Shown here one piece after another: positions 1 to 13,463 of a DNA stretch of 64,000 nucleotides. Numbering within the stretch: position 1 is the first letter of the stretch; every line of letters starts with the position of its first letter. The translations under genes were made by a program, and so were the position numbers. The stretch lies in the NCBI GenBank assembly GCA_021613535.1, contig CP075492.1, positions 3,782,001 through 3,846,000 on the forward strand, in the 5' to 3' direction. Below the pieces are notes generated by a model. It did no database searches. It was not told where the DNA came from and worked only from the letters and a program-made list of their open reading frames with translations. This stretch comes from Adineta vaga. Its lineage: Eukaryota > Animalia > Rotifera.

Positions 1-401
1 AATTTATACTTCTTTCGTTTTGGATGTCGTTTATTGTTTTACTATAATTGTTATCAGTTCAATGTATCGCAGAGTTATATTTATACTGCCAAAAACTCTG
101 TAGAATGAAATCTAACGTTTGTAAACGTAAATAAAATGATCTCGTGTCAATTTTTTAAGAATCTCATGTACATTATGTGTATATAAGGGTGGGTGTGGGT
201 GATAATCTACCCTGCACCCACCCTCAAATATCCGTCACAATTCTATAAAATAGTACTTGAAGGACAATACAATTCAGTAAATAAATGGATATACGAATCT
301 CCCGAAGTCAACTGAAAAGCATTCACATGACAGTCTCTTGAACAAACTTTTAGATTAACTTTTCGTCGTTTAATTAATTAATAAATAAATTTAGACAAAA
401 T

Positions 402-1711
402 TTATTTATAGAAAAGAATATTATCAGTACATAAACAGTGATCATCATGATCATCATAAGAAAGATAATTACAATCACATTTCGCACTATCACGAAGCTT
501 GAAATAATTGAAATACTTTTCAGTATTGTAAAGTCGACGATCATTTGAATTCCAATTTCGATGATTCCGAACCCACTGCCAACTTTCCGAATCTGTGTAA
601 TACCAATCACGGCATTTTCCACATCTGGCACAAGAACGGCCTTCACACCAAAGTTCTTTGTAGATACCAGGTGTTGCAAATTCTTCATGTTCTACAGAAA
701 AAAAGTAAGTATTCAATACTGATGATGATCGTTCTCAAAATTAAGAATCATACCACTTCTTGTCGCTTTACTATTTGCTACTTTGTAGCTTTAATAAAAA
801 AGAAACGAATTATAGTTTATCAGCTACTTACACACCAAAGCTCATTACTACTGCATCTTTTGAGACATTACCTCTTTGTTGAAGTAGCGTTTGTAGCAGA
901 ACTAAATGATCTGGGAACATCCTGTAATAAAGACGGTTCGTTATTTTATTTATCAAAGAACCAATTTTACTTTTGATACGGTTTCTAAAAGTAAAGATTG
1001 TGGTTCGATTTCTTTCAGTTGTACCATACAGAGACCACCTGGTTGATCGAGCGATGCGATTACTTTGAATTGTCGGGCAGGTGGAAGAAGAATTTCATCT
1101 TCACTTTTGTATTGCGAATGTTGATGGATGTCTTTTCCACTTGTACATTCAATGCTGAAAAATGTTCTTTTTCCGTTCGAACCAAAAAACTGATCATTTT
1201 TTAAAACGTCCATTGTTGTTGTACAAGAAGTAAAACCCCACCAAATAATTACTTCCCCTTTTCGGTAATAACTTCCCCAATTACCCTTCACTCCACGATA
1301 AACTGTACTTTTAATCGAGAGAAGGTTTGAAAATGCTGTTAGAATCAATTTCAAATAAAGATACTATGGAATTAGTCTTCTTCGATCTTGTGTACGGAGA
1401 ACTGCATTTAAAACGAAATAAAGACATTCTTCTCTAGGTTTCCATTCCATTGAATACAATAGAATTGCAGCGGATTCATCTTTAGTCAAATGTTCAGCTG
1501 GACGTTTCGCACATTTCAGTTTAGCTTCCGATGCCTTTCTTCTGATATCAGGTACATATGAAACCAGCGGTTCGATAGCTTCTTCCAATGACACCAATGG
1601 CTCTTTCGCATAACCTTGTATTGGTGGTAACATTCGACAAGATTCACCAGTAGCATTTGAAAGACGAAGGTAATGTTGAAGTTCATCACTATCGGTACAC
1701 CTACTAATCAT
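402..1711 (-). CDS. R-S-E (ARTC-like) ADP-ribosyltransferase with C-terminal Cys/His-rich domain; in-frame TAG at 1364-1366
   Basis: Motifs VYRG, FTSCTT, SEDEILL. Exons 1711-971, 921-872, 788-754 and 691-402 join in frame via GT-AG introns of 49, 83 and 62 nt. The frame reads LIP*YLYLKL, with TAG where Trp is expected. Confidence 0.8.
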
Positions 1712-3554
1712 TTTTGCTGATCGAAACGAATGTTGTGTCGCATCTTAATATTTTCTCAGACGATTTGTGATGAAATAAAAAAATCATGTTTTTTTCTCGT
1801 TCTTTCTTCGACAGTATAACTATAACCTTGAAAGAGCACTTCAAGCTAGCTAATGCTCAGTTAAAAAAATATGAATATTTGTTTTCATCACTGCGGACAA
1901 TGAATTTGTATTTGTTTGAATAACATTAATGTAAAAAATTCGCGGAATAAACGAAAGAAAACACAATGTGACTCAGTTGATTACCTTTCCTTGATTTTTA
2001 ACATTATTCCAGATTTAGATTTATTGATTACAGAAGATTCCTTCGATAGAATAGTCTTGTATGTCTACAGTACATTTGAATTTCTACTGGAAAACATCTA
2101 TGACAAAGCTTTTGATGTATAAAAGTCTCCATTTATTTAAAAGAAAACAAGTTACAAATAGTTTCCGCGATCGTTTTCTACATTTTTTTTTCTTTTACGC
2201 TTATAAATAATATCAACATCATAATAGTATGACAAGAAAACAGATCGATCGAATGACATCAATACTATCGTCACAGAACTTTGTCCAAATGTTTATCTTA
2301 TAATATTCATAGCAAAATAAATCAATTGTGAAATAAATACGAAAAGAAAACTTTTGATTCTTTTAGTTTGACGTGAGGTTTTTGGATTGAATTGTTCATA
2401 ATAATCAAATCGATTTACTTTCAAGATAGTATATGTGCGATAGAAATCTAGACAATTTTGTTTTGGAAATATATTTCGATTGTCCCATATACTAAAGAAT
2501 TTTCTAATGAATCTTATTTACATGCAATTAATGTCAATAATGAAACGTATCTTGTTTATAACATACCTTATTACACATATATATATATACCTGTATAGAA
2601 GTGAATAACCACTCTGAGTACTCAGTAGCCGTTAAATATAGTGGGACCTATTCTCGAAATAATAATATTATGATTTATATCAATAACAATTCGTTTAACT
2701 TATGAAAATAGAATATCCATGAATGTGATAAAAAAATTCAAGGACTTGGATTTCACTCTGCCACCGATAGCTAGTGAGTTTCGGTTTTATTCTACTTAAT
2801 GTCAACAACATTTTCTTAGTTTTCCAATGTTTTTGTATGTACGTCATTTTATTTTTGTTTGTCTCTTAAGACGAAATTGTTTTCTCGTGTTAACATACGT
2901 TATTCATATCTATAAAGATCTCATTTATTTTCTTATTGAATTTATAGTTGACTTGTTTTGAAACTGTTATTATCATTTCATTAACATATCAAATTGGTAA
3001 GAACATCATTGACGAGAATTTAGGGATGAAGAATCTATCAGGATTTGCACAAAGATTACCGAGACGAAACAAAAAACAACAAAGATCAAGTGATCGAATC
3101 TATGTGACAGTATTCATAACGACTCTTCGGTGTATTTTTTCTTTGTATGATAAGACAAAGTTCAAAAGATAAGCTTTGTATAAAACAAATGAACATAATT
3201 ATCGATATCGATCAGTAAAGAATAAGTTTATTGATATATGTGGGAGAATAATTGCAACGTATTTAATATGTAAGATAAAAGAACAAAAATATTGATTGAG
3301 AGTAATTCAATGATATGCAAACTTGTTAAGTGAATAAGACGTATTATTCATGTCATCGAACTAATTTGAATAGTTATAACAACATCGAATTTCAAAATAA
3401 ATATTTTTGATAGAACAGATTAAATTTCAATTTCTTTGTTAGATCAAAAAACGAAGTCAAACCTACTCGATCACTCTGCATTAAACTTTGCTATTTATGA
3501 TCATAGTTTTTCTTTAGAGATTGACCTACAATTTGAATTTAATCTTCGAGTATA

Positions 3555-5219
3555 ATGTCCAAGTAATCAATTGTTCAGAAGTGAAACGGAACATTTACAT
3601 GTTTTCTCTTTAGTTGTATCTGGTTATTCTGGTTGGCAATCTACTGTTGGTGCGTTATTGTACTTCAAATTGATGGCAAAAAATGGGTTTTAATCGATTC
3701 TCCATCTTCGAAAGAAGATTCATCGGAATATAAAGGTAGTTCTGACGAAATTGATTTTATTTTTCAGACAAAAGACTTATCTTTATGTTTAGTTGGTCAT
3801 TGTCGAGATCATAAAAAGAATGGAGATGAAACTGATGTCGATTGTGGTGGTTCAAAATGTGCTAAATGTAATGATACAATGCATTGTAAAAATCATTATG
3901 ATTGTCTTAGTAATTATTGTAAAAATAAGAAATGTTCTCGTAAATATTTATGATATTTGTGAATACGATATATGAATGAAGGATTATAAATATTTTAGCA
4001 TTGGAATCGTGTGATGATAATATAAAAAATCAAGATGAAATTGATGTTGATTGTGGTGGTCGTGTTTGTCCAAAATGTGAAGATGCAAAATATTGTAGAG
4101 AAAACTGTGATTGTCTCAGTAACGCTTGTCATAATAGTACATGTGTTTGTAAGAAAATAAATTTCTTTTGAAATTGATAGTGAATAGTTTTGATTTTAGC
4201 GGCAGAAACATGCAAAGATGAAATCAAAAATCAAGATGAAACTGATGTGGATTGTGGTGGGAGTATATGTCCAAAATGTGAAGATTCAAAGAAATGTAAC
4301 AGCGATTGTGATTGTACCAGAAGTTTTACTTGTGTAAACAATACATGTGTTCGTGAGTATTATAGATAATAATATTAACACAAATGATTTTTCTCCTGAT
4401 CATATCATAGCTAAATGTACTCCAGAATGTAAAAATAATGGTGTATGTATTGCTCATAATCTTTGCAACTGTACAGCTGGATTTAGTGGTCCAACGTGTG
4501 ATGTTCGTATGTATTCTATACTATATGTTAAGATATTTTTCTAGTTCGTTTTCTTTTTCTTCTAAGAATCGGTTGGTTTATGTCATGATAATGATACAAT
4601 GGGTACAGTTCCTATTCTCTTAGTAACATTCGACAAGGGTTCACCTCAATTTTCTACATCAACACCGACTCAATTCAATTTCACTACAACATATAAACAA
4701 CGATTTAAACCTACAGTAGAAGATGGCCATTTCAGTTTCATTAATTCAGTCTATAAACATTATCAACATGCATGGCATACGAATGCTGTTGATCACACAG
4801 GTGATAATGGTGGATATATGCTCTTAGTCAATGCAGATTTTCAACCAGGTGAATTTTATAAAGGTACTGTTGATAATCTATGTATTGGTTTACGCTATGA
4901 ATTTTCTGTTTATTTGGCAAATGTATTACGACGAACGGATCAAATTAAGCCAAATGTGCGATTTGAAGTTCGAAGTCCTTCAACCGGAAATCGATTATTG
5001 GCTCAATTACGTTCGGGACCAATTCCTGTAGATAAATCATTACAATGGAGAAAGTATGGTTTGTCATTTACAGCACCGAGCAGTTCAGTTGTGCTATTAA
5101 TGATTTCTGATGCTCGTGGTGGTGCTGGAAATGATATTGTTATTGATGATATTGCATTACGTGTTTGTTCACATGAAGGTACTGGTTTTTGTCCAGCAAT
5201 TGACCAGGAGAACGATTGA
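3555..5219 (+). CDS. Secreted protein: three (E)TDVDCGG Cys-rich repeats, an EGF-like domain and a C-terminal MAM/CBM-like domain
   Basis: Spliced signal peptide MSNCIWLFWLAIYCWCVIVLQIDG. One repeat per phase-1 exon; EGF CKNNGVC..CNCTAGFSGPTC; last exon DHTGDNGGYMLLVNA...GNDIVIDDIALRVC. Confidence 0.85.
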
Positions 5220-5571
5220 TTAGACTGAATATTTTAACTTCAAAAATTTTTCTTATTGCATAATAATAAATGGGTTTGCTTTTTCAATACATTTTTATAA
5301 TATATACATATAATGTAAAAAGGACATCAGTACGATTGCAGATTGATTACACTTATACGCGCAAAAGTAGTTCATATAATGAGATTGCTCGAAAAAAAAA
5401 AATATATAGCTTATATAAGTATTAAATAATCATTCTGTTATGATTGATAATAAGTTTTCTTTTCATATATTTGTGAATGAAAAGAAAAGAAAACTTTCAA
5501 CTGTATGTAATATTACTTATTCAACATAAAAAAATTAAATCAAATACATCATTTCAGTTTTCTTCTATAAT

Positions 5572-6946
5572 CTATACAAGACGTTGAAATCTTTGTATTC
5601 GATGATTACTTGTATCGGAAACATACAAATTCATTGATGAATCTAGTGCAATTCCTGCTGGAAAGGTCAATGTATTTGCTGTTGAACCTTTCGCACCTGT
5701 TCCAGCAATCGTACGAGCCGTCATATTCACTGTTGGATATCGGCAAAACAATTGTATACGATGATTATTATTATCGACAACAAACATATTCGTATAAGCA
5801 TCAAGTTTAATCGAAACGGGATACATTAGTAATGTTGATGAACTACCTTGTATCCCATTGGAACCTGCTACAATATTTCCTGTTGTTGTATTCGCTGTCC
5901 ATTGTACGATGGTATGTTGTTGAGAATTGACAGCATAGATTGTACCAGGCACCATTGATGTATCAACAGCGAAACCTTGTGGAAGATTGAGTTGATTATT
6001 ACCAGAACCTGCTATTTGATTTCCAGCAACAACAGATCCGTTTTTCCAAATAGCTGATTTGGTATTATCACAAGCATAGATTAAATTATTGACAACTTGA
6101 ACACCCCATAATGATCCAGGACTTGACCAACCTGAAGAAACAGTTGAGCCAGATAATATACCATATGAAAAAAACTGTATTCGATTGTTTAAAGAATCAG
6201 CAACGTATAGATTTTGTGAAGAATCGACAAAAACATCTTTTGGAGTATTGAGTAAAGTTGCCGTTGCACCTACTGAACCAGACACACCTGCAACTGTTGT
6301 ACCAGTCGGTGCTCCTAAAAGCCATTTCTGAATACGATGATTTCCTGAATCAGCAATATAAAGAGTATTATTATTTTTAACATCAATAAAAATGTTCCAC
6401 GGTGAACTCAATTGATTAGCCGCAGTACCCGCTGATCCAGTCACACCTGCTATTGTTTCTCCCGTTGAGTTCCATATCCAATCAGTACCTGAAACGATGA
6501 GTGAGACATATTTTTTTAGCTTATAAATAAATACACAAACATGTTTTCATAACTGTCGTAGTCGTAGTTATACTACTTCCCAACGATATGGAACTCCCTA
6601 TATATACAGAAAAAGTTTCTCAATATCATCGAATCAATTTTCTCTAAACCTGAATTGGATGTTGATGAATCAGTAGTTTCAGTATTTGGTGATAACCACA
6701 AGGCAAGTATTGTTGCCAAGAGTATTCCAGCAAGAAGAAAGCCCAGTAATAAACCATAAAAACAAAATGAACAACCCGAATACATTAGAGCATATTCTTT
6801 TCTACTAAGAAACCATATCCCACAACAATCTTATCGAAAAGTTGAGTATCTTACTCTTCATCTTCATTTTCATTCCTTCTGATATTGTTACTTGATATAG
6901 GTGAACGTGGTGAAGATGTACTGTTGAATAATTCCGAAAACTTCAT
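5572..6946 (-). CDS. Type II membrane NHL-repeat beta-propeller protein
   Basis: Repeated LYIADSGNHRIQ/LYVSDTSNHRIQ motifs; TM segment GLLLGFLLAGILLATILALWL; Thr/Ser linker exons; ATG at 6946. Confidence 0.85.
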
Positions 6947-7580
6947 TTGTTTCTATTTTATTATAACTGAATATACAAACTTGAATAATTCGTACTCAGA
7001 TAATAATGAAAAAGAGATTTTCATTATTTTTCTTTACATAATGATACCTTAGGAAAGATACTCATGTGATTCATTACATGAATTTCGATAACTTACAAAG
7101 TAATAAACAAAAAAAAAATGATACCTTAAAATCTCTATTACGATCAGATGCCTTCTTTACTTTATTTGAAACACACTCCCATTTTGGACAACTATATCTC
7201 CTTAAATACCTCACGAGAGAGAAAAGCATTCTTATGATTGAAAGAATATGTTCTGCCTTAACAAATTCAATTCATTCGTATTGACTCAATATTCTTGATA
7301 TCACTTCTAATTATTTTTTCACTAAGAAAGCAACTGTCATTGCATTGACAATCTTCATGTTGTATGACAGATAAATGTTTGAGAAAACTTAATTATAAAT
7401 ATGAAGATGAATTTTTTCTAATCTCTTCTGATGAACTGATGCTTCTAAATATATACGAGAACATCCGATTCGAGATTGAAGTCTATAGAAAGTGTTTTTT
7501 TCCTTGTATATATAATTTTATGTCCCTGTAGTAGTTTTCTTCATTTTTAAAACAACACAGTTAAGAAGTAAAAATAAACT

Positions 7581-8525
7581 ATGGATAGTCGAACAAAATT
7601 TATTCTAATGATTATCTTGGAAATTCCAGCAATTTTCATATCGATTCGAATTTTCATTCATTTCCTGATAACTCGTCAAGCTCGTTTAGCATTACGAAAT
7701 CATGGTTGGATTGTTCTAATTCTTACGAATTTTATCCAACTCGTTATTGATTTACCAATATCAATGAGTTATTATTATCGAGAGACAGTTTGGCCGACAA
7801 GTGATCTTTTCTGTGCATTATGGGATACATGTGAATTTTCGTTGAATAGTATTGGATTATTTTTAATGGCATGGATATCAATCGAACGACATTTAATTGT
7901 CTTTCATTCGCAGAGAATTTTTCAAAGACGTTGGAAAAGATGGCTTTTTCATTTCATACCAATTCTATTCTGTTTACTTTGGTCACCGATCTTTTTCTTT
8001 ATATTAATTGTCATTAGTCCATTATGTACAAATCAATGGGATTATAATTTTCTTAGTTGTGGTGCTCCATGCTATTATGGAGTAATGATTGTTGGTCAAT
8101 TTGATTTTTGTTTCAATATTGTTATACCAAATGTGATTATTATGTTGGCTAATGTTACATTAATAATTCGAGTCATCTATCAAAAACTTTCACGACAACA
8201 AGTTATTCATTGGCGACGTCATCGTAAGATGGTTTTACAATTATGGATTATTTCATCACTTTATATGGCATTTTGGTTACCTGTTTCAATAACAATATTA
8301 ATTCAAATTACTATTGATCCTTCATTTATGATCGATTCACTTTCAACAATGCAATTCTTTACCTATCTTATTCCACTTCTATTACCAATGATATGTCTTA
8401 GTACATTATCGGATTTAACAAAGAAGATTCTACGTAGAATAATAAATTCACGAATAAATATAGTTGGAGCAGTTGTTTATACTCGAAATGTGAAACCAAC
8501 AGTTGCTGCTGTTACTGTTCGATGA
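7581..8525 (+). CDS. Rhodopsin-like (class A) orphan GPCR, single exon
   Basis: Seven hydrophobic segments, WISIERH (DRY equivalent), ECL1 WP..FC. Confidence 0.9.
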   Translation: MDSRTKFILMIILEIPAIFISIRIFIHFLITRQARLALRNHGWIVLILTNFIQLVIDLPISMSYYYRETVWPTSDLFCALWDTCEFSLNSIGLFLMAWISIERHLIVFHSQRIFQRRWKRWLFHFIPILFCLLWSPIFFFILIVISPLCTNQWDYNFLSCGAPCYYGVMIVGQFDFCFNIVIPNVIIMLANVTLIIRVIYQKLSRQQVIHWRRHRKMVLQLWIISSLYMAFWLPVSITILIQITIDPSFMIDSLSTMQFFTYLIPLLLPMICLSTLSDLTKKILRRIINSRINIVGAVVYTRNVKPTVAAVTVR

Positions 8526-8762
8526 TGTGGATTTGTTTGTTTTTCATCCATTAACAATTTGCGGGCATAGAACGGAGAAGAAATGCATTTGTATATATTG
8601 TCTTATTGTACAAATATAGGTTGAAATGGCGAACAATTTTATTTTTTAATGTAAAAAGCAAGAAACATGCCTTTTATGCCATTATTTACGTTAGTATTAC
8701 TTCCTTTTCTTTTGTAGTATTTTAACAAGAAAAAAAACTGAATACATCATAGTTCTATCAAA

Positions 8763-9936
8763 ATGGGGAATGGTAGTTGTGTAGGAACTGGTCCTGTTGT
8801 AGCATTAGACGTTCGAACATATGAAATCTCAGATCTATACAAAGCGTGTGAAGCAGGTGATGTCGAACAAGCGAGAAAGTTGCTTGTTGACATACCATTT
8901 ATTGTGATTAATTGTTCCGAGCCGAATGGTAGTACGGCACTGCATGCTGCTTCTTCACATGGTCATAGTGACGTTGTCCATCTTCTCCTACAGAATTATG
9001 GTGTTGTTCGTCATCGAAGAAATTCGGAAGGTTTAACTGCTTATCAAGTAGCAGCAAATGATGAAATTCGTCAAATTTTTCATCGTCCAAAAAATAATGA
9101 AAAATTTGGTTTTAGTATTCAAGGTACTGTTCTCAGTATGTTTGCTATATTCTTTCCTGCATCAAAGCGTCCTCCTCCACCTTGGATTCATACTACATCT
9201 GGCTGGTTGAAGACTAGATGTTTGGAAAGTCAAATGAAATTAAATAAAACACATGATCGATATGTTCGTTAAATCAACTCACACGGAATATAACCATGCT
9301 TGTGAATGTCTGACAGAATTTGAAGGAACAGAAAAAGTTGAACCTCTCCTTCGTCTTTATTCTCTTGAAACACCTTTCTATTCAAAAGTAGGTGGACCAG
9401 ACTTCTGTAATATACTACTCGAACCATTAGTTCGTAATCTGGATGCACTTTGTGATCGTCATTATCAAGGCACTTCTTATCGTGGTTTAACAATGACAAA
9501 AGAAGATTTAGAGGATTATGAAGAAGCATTGAGACAAGAAAAAGAAGAAAATAAAGAAAGCATTATAACATTAGCAAGTTTTGCTTCAACTACACGTGAT
9601 GAATTGTTAGCTCGTGGTTTTGCTGCAGCATATAAAGTTGAAGACAAAATTACAGTCTTAATCACTTGTATTTTTCCAAAACGATGCGATACAGCAATTG
9701 CACTTTATAAAGTATCCGAATCGATATCATGTATTTCCCATTTCGAAGACGAAGAAGAAGTATTAGTCTATCCTGGAACGATGTTTCGCGTCACAGAAAT
9801 CGATACAACATCAGATCCTTCCATCACACAACTTCATCTCACAAATGTTATGCCTGAATACCATCCCGGAGCAGTTCTGTGCAAAGCTGCAAAAAAGAAG
9901 GCCATCAAAACATTCGTTCCAAAGATTCTTCAATAA
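8763..9936 (+). CDS. Ankyrin-repeat plus R-S-E ADP-ribosyltransferase; frame break near 9245-9253
   Basis: ANK motif NGSTALHAASSHGH; ART motifs LYSLETPFY, SYRG, FASTT, EDEEEVLVYPGTMF; the two ORFs overlap in different frames. Confidence 0.8.
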
Positions 9937-10326
9937 ACATGTCGTTGATTTCTAATCATTGCTGTCATTCTTGATTGACAAAAAAAATGTTTAACAGTTT
10001 TTCGAATTTCTTTCTCGAATAAAATTGTTAGAAAATTAAAATCGAATTTTCATTTAATATCGATTGAATCTTGTTATTTTACCTCTTCGAAGACATCAAC
10101 AAACATCTTATCTATACTCTTTTTAGTTATATTCTACTATAAGTAAGAGTTTCATTTTATTTGATTAAGTTTTCTTTTATTTATTATGAAAGTTTTATCT
10201 TGACACATGTAATATTCGTTCGTCAGTAAAAATAAAAACATCATTATCATTTCTTGTGTGAAAAAAGAATAGACTGATGACAGTCAAATCTATTATATAA
10301 ATTCTCTATTCTTAGATCATAAATCC

Positions 10327-10899
10327 ATGAGTAAACTATCATCATTAATTGGTACTTCTAACGAAGTAAATAATAACAATCAACACGCATCAAATATCAA
10401 CAGAAGGAACGTTCATTTCTCTTCACAAAATATATCCAACACTCATGAAAATTATTATGTACGCAATTATGAAAAAGTTTGTTTATTATTCTTTCCACGG
10501 ACTGTTTATAGGGAAATTCTACTCGACAATCCATAGATATGGTTCATGTTCCATGCGAATTTTGTAATAAACAAATTGAAAGAAATGACTACAGAAAACA
10601 TGAAGTAAATTTCAAGTTCGTTAGAAGAACTATATTTCTTTGTTTTCTATTTCAATAGAATATTTGTCGAGAACAACAAAATAGGTCGGTCTACACTTTT
10701 TATTCCGAAAAATAATTAAACTTGATTTCTAGACGAACAAATTATAGCACCTCTATTAATTATTTATGTATATTTTGTTCGGCAGTTTATAATAAAGAAT
10801 ATGATTATGACATGCATCAAGTAATTAATTTCTTCTTTTATATTACTTTCTATGCTTGTTATTTTGCAGATTTATTGTTCAAAGAACCATGGACGATAA
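10327..10899 (+). CDS. Small protein with two C2HC zinc-finger-like motifs
   Basis: Spliced PCEFCNKQIERNDYRKHENIC and CIFCSAVYNKEYDYDMHQIYC via four short GT-AG introns; stop at 10897-10899. The 5' end is uncertain. Confidence 0.6.
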
Positions 10900-11534
10900 G
10901 CATCATTCAAGAATGAAATCATATGACAAATGAATAAGTTATTATTATTTTTAATTCAACTAAACAGTGCATTAAATATCTTTTTTCCTGCATTAGACAA
11001 GATTATAATAAATTCTATTATTTTTTTCTTTATCGTGCAAAATTTTTTTTTCTAAAGAGACTAATGTAACATTCAGCTTATTAAATAAAAATTCAAAATC
11101 CATTTTTTGATCTACATAACAACGATCAGGGCATCGACGATATCGTCGTTTAGGTATAGAAGCACTATTGATCATTGAGCTTGTAGTTGAAATTATTATT
11201 GTAGGAATACGAATTACTACTATAGAATAAGCAAATCCTAAAATATCTCTATTAGCTTTTGGTAAAACAATGATGTCAGAAGAAATAATTCATTCACTTC
11301 ATGGTCTTGATTATCATGAGTTTTTCATTGAATAAATATATCAAATAGAAATTTGAGGTTTTATTTAGTAAACTAATCTGACAGATAGATTGTTATTGTC
11401 AAAATAGAATTATTTATCGGTTGAAATACGTTTTCTTTAAAATAAAAAAAAGGGATTCATATAATCAAGTAAAAGAATGTTTTATTTGGTTAAATATATA
11501 TAAGATAAAAATGATTTCATAAGAAGAATGAAGT

Positions 11535-12461
11535 TCATTGTATGGTTCTATTTAATATCGTATTTGTATAAGCTGTCATTGGTACAACTGGTGTTGTTGA
11601 TCGACAAATAACTCTACTGACAGTTTTTCGAATTTCTCGATCTAATAAAATTGAACATAATTTTTCCACAGCAACTGCAACTGATACCGAAACAATTCCA
11701 ATTGAATAAAATATATCCACACTTGATAGCATATAAAATAATGATGGTGTTGCACCACATATATAAATAGCAAATAAAATCATTATATTCCGAAGAACTT
11801 CAAGATCACGATTTGTTTTTCTTTGTGATCCTTGATTTGATGTCGTCGTTGTTGTACGTCTTATTCGAAGATAAATTGAAATATAAATTGCAACAATTAT
11901 TGAAACAGGAATGAGATAATAAGCAAAAATTGAATAACCCATATGTAGAATAAATTTTATTGGAATCCAACAGAGAGAACCCGGACGAAAATAGATATCT
12001 TTAGTTAAAACTGAAGGTAATGGTAAAATGATAACGATGATCCAATTAATAAAAATCATAATAAAATGTGTTTTAAATGATGTTAACCATCGATATTTTG
12101 TTGATAAAACAGCAAAAAAGAATCGTGAAATTGCTTGTAATAAATACGAATAAACAACAGCAACAATTGACATATAACTAAAATAAGCACGCCATTGACA
12201 TGAAATATCACTTGAATAAAATGGGAAAAATAAAAGATAAATATAATTATTACATTGAGAAAAACAATATAAGATTGATGAAATACATGTATTACAAATT
12301 AGAAGATGTGTTACTGTATGTAATTGTTTGATTGATAGAACTAAGATTAAGATAATTAATGCAATGATTACAGCTATGAAAGCAAAACTCATAGATAAAG
12401 GAGTAATAAGACGATAATCAGTATAATCCGGTGCGATTGTTGTTGTTGTTGAAACATTCAT
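11535..12461 (-). CDS. Rhodopsin-like orphan GPCR, single exon
   Basis: 7TM pattern, QAISRF (DRY equivalent); start at MNVSTTTT with an N-glycosylation site. Confidence 0.85.
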   Translation of the reverse strand: MNVSTTTTIAPDYTDYRLITPLSMSFAFIAVIIALIILILVLSIKQLHTVTHLLICNTCISSILYCFSQCNNYIYLLFFPFYSSDISCQWRAYFSYMSIVAVVYSYLLQAISRFFFAVLSTKYRWLTSFKTHFIMIFINWIIVIILPLPSVLTKDIYFRPGSLCWIPIKFILHMGYSIFAYYLIPVSIIVAIYISIYLRIRRTTTTTSNQGSQRKTNRDLEVLRNIMILFAIYICGATPSLFYMLSSVDIFYSIGIVSVSVAVAVEKLCSILLDREIRKTVSRVICRSTTPVVPMTAYTNTILNRTIQ

Positions 12462-12911
12462 TTCGAAATGAATATCAATAGATTGCTCTTTCTTACTTTT
12501 ATTTTTATATACGACAAGCAAAACTCTCCTAAATATTTTATTCATCAATGACAAGATTTCTTTTTGTCAGAAAAGTACAAATGATGTCTTAATTCTGTCA
12601 TAACTAATTATTTCATTAAGATATTCATGCATAAAATGTAGATGGTATTCATCATGGAAAAAAGTTTTTTAAGTATAAAACTCATCAGAAAGGAAATAAA
12701 TGTTGTTTGATTCTTTCAGAAATCGAAACAGAAAATAATCAATTTAGATTATAAACATATCGATTGAATTCTATGACAGGAGAAGGAGCATCAAAGGGCA
12801 ATTAGTACTCATTGCCACATTTAGAAATTTTTGATAATAGCACAAAATCAGCCAACTGTTGTTTAATTTCACTTTCTATCGTAGAGAAGAGTCTTATGTG
12901 TTTACACTTAA

Positions 12912-13063
12912 CCCTTTCTGGCCGGATGTTACCGTTAGGTATAGCTCAGTACTACTTCTTTAAACCTCATGTTGGAAATGAGTAACCTCCATACATAAAC
13001 GACAAAGAATATGTAGTATTAAAACTTTTTTAATGTTATCTTCTGGTAGTCGGCCGTAAAGGA
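12912..13063. mobile_element. piggyBac-type MITE remnant (152 bp)
   Basis: TTAA on both sides (12908-12911, 13064-13067); imperfect TIRs CCCTTTCTGGCCG / CGGCCGTAAAGGA. Confidence 0.6.
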
Positions 13064-13463
13064 TTAAATGATTATGGTCCAATAGTAAAGTGAAAATCTT
13101 TTAAAGTTTGTTTGTTAGATGAGGACAAATTATTGTTAGAGAATTTCTTTTCAATAATGAGTAAAAACGTTTCTTAATATGTTTATAATAACATTTTAAC
13201 CTTGATTTGTCGATGTTTTTCTCTTAATTGTATTAATTAATATTTCTGAATAATACTCAGACATAGTCACAACATCAGATCAATTCTAAATGTCACGAAC
13301 GAACTCATCAGCTAACTTCATATTAATTCACAATGAAGTATGAATCCGGATAATACTTTTCTTCAGAATCATGAGCTAAAGATAAAAGCAGATGTAATAA
13401 AAGAATGAGTTTTATTTCATAATTTTCTTTGATATCTCTTATAGTATTGCGATCGAACGGAAA

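Noticed and set aside
1364-1366. Alternative genetic code (TAG=Trp)
   Set aside because: TAG serves as a normal stop in other genes here (5572, 55933, 62154), and TGG encodes Trp throughout.
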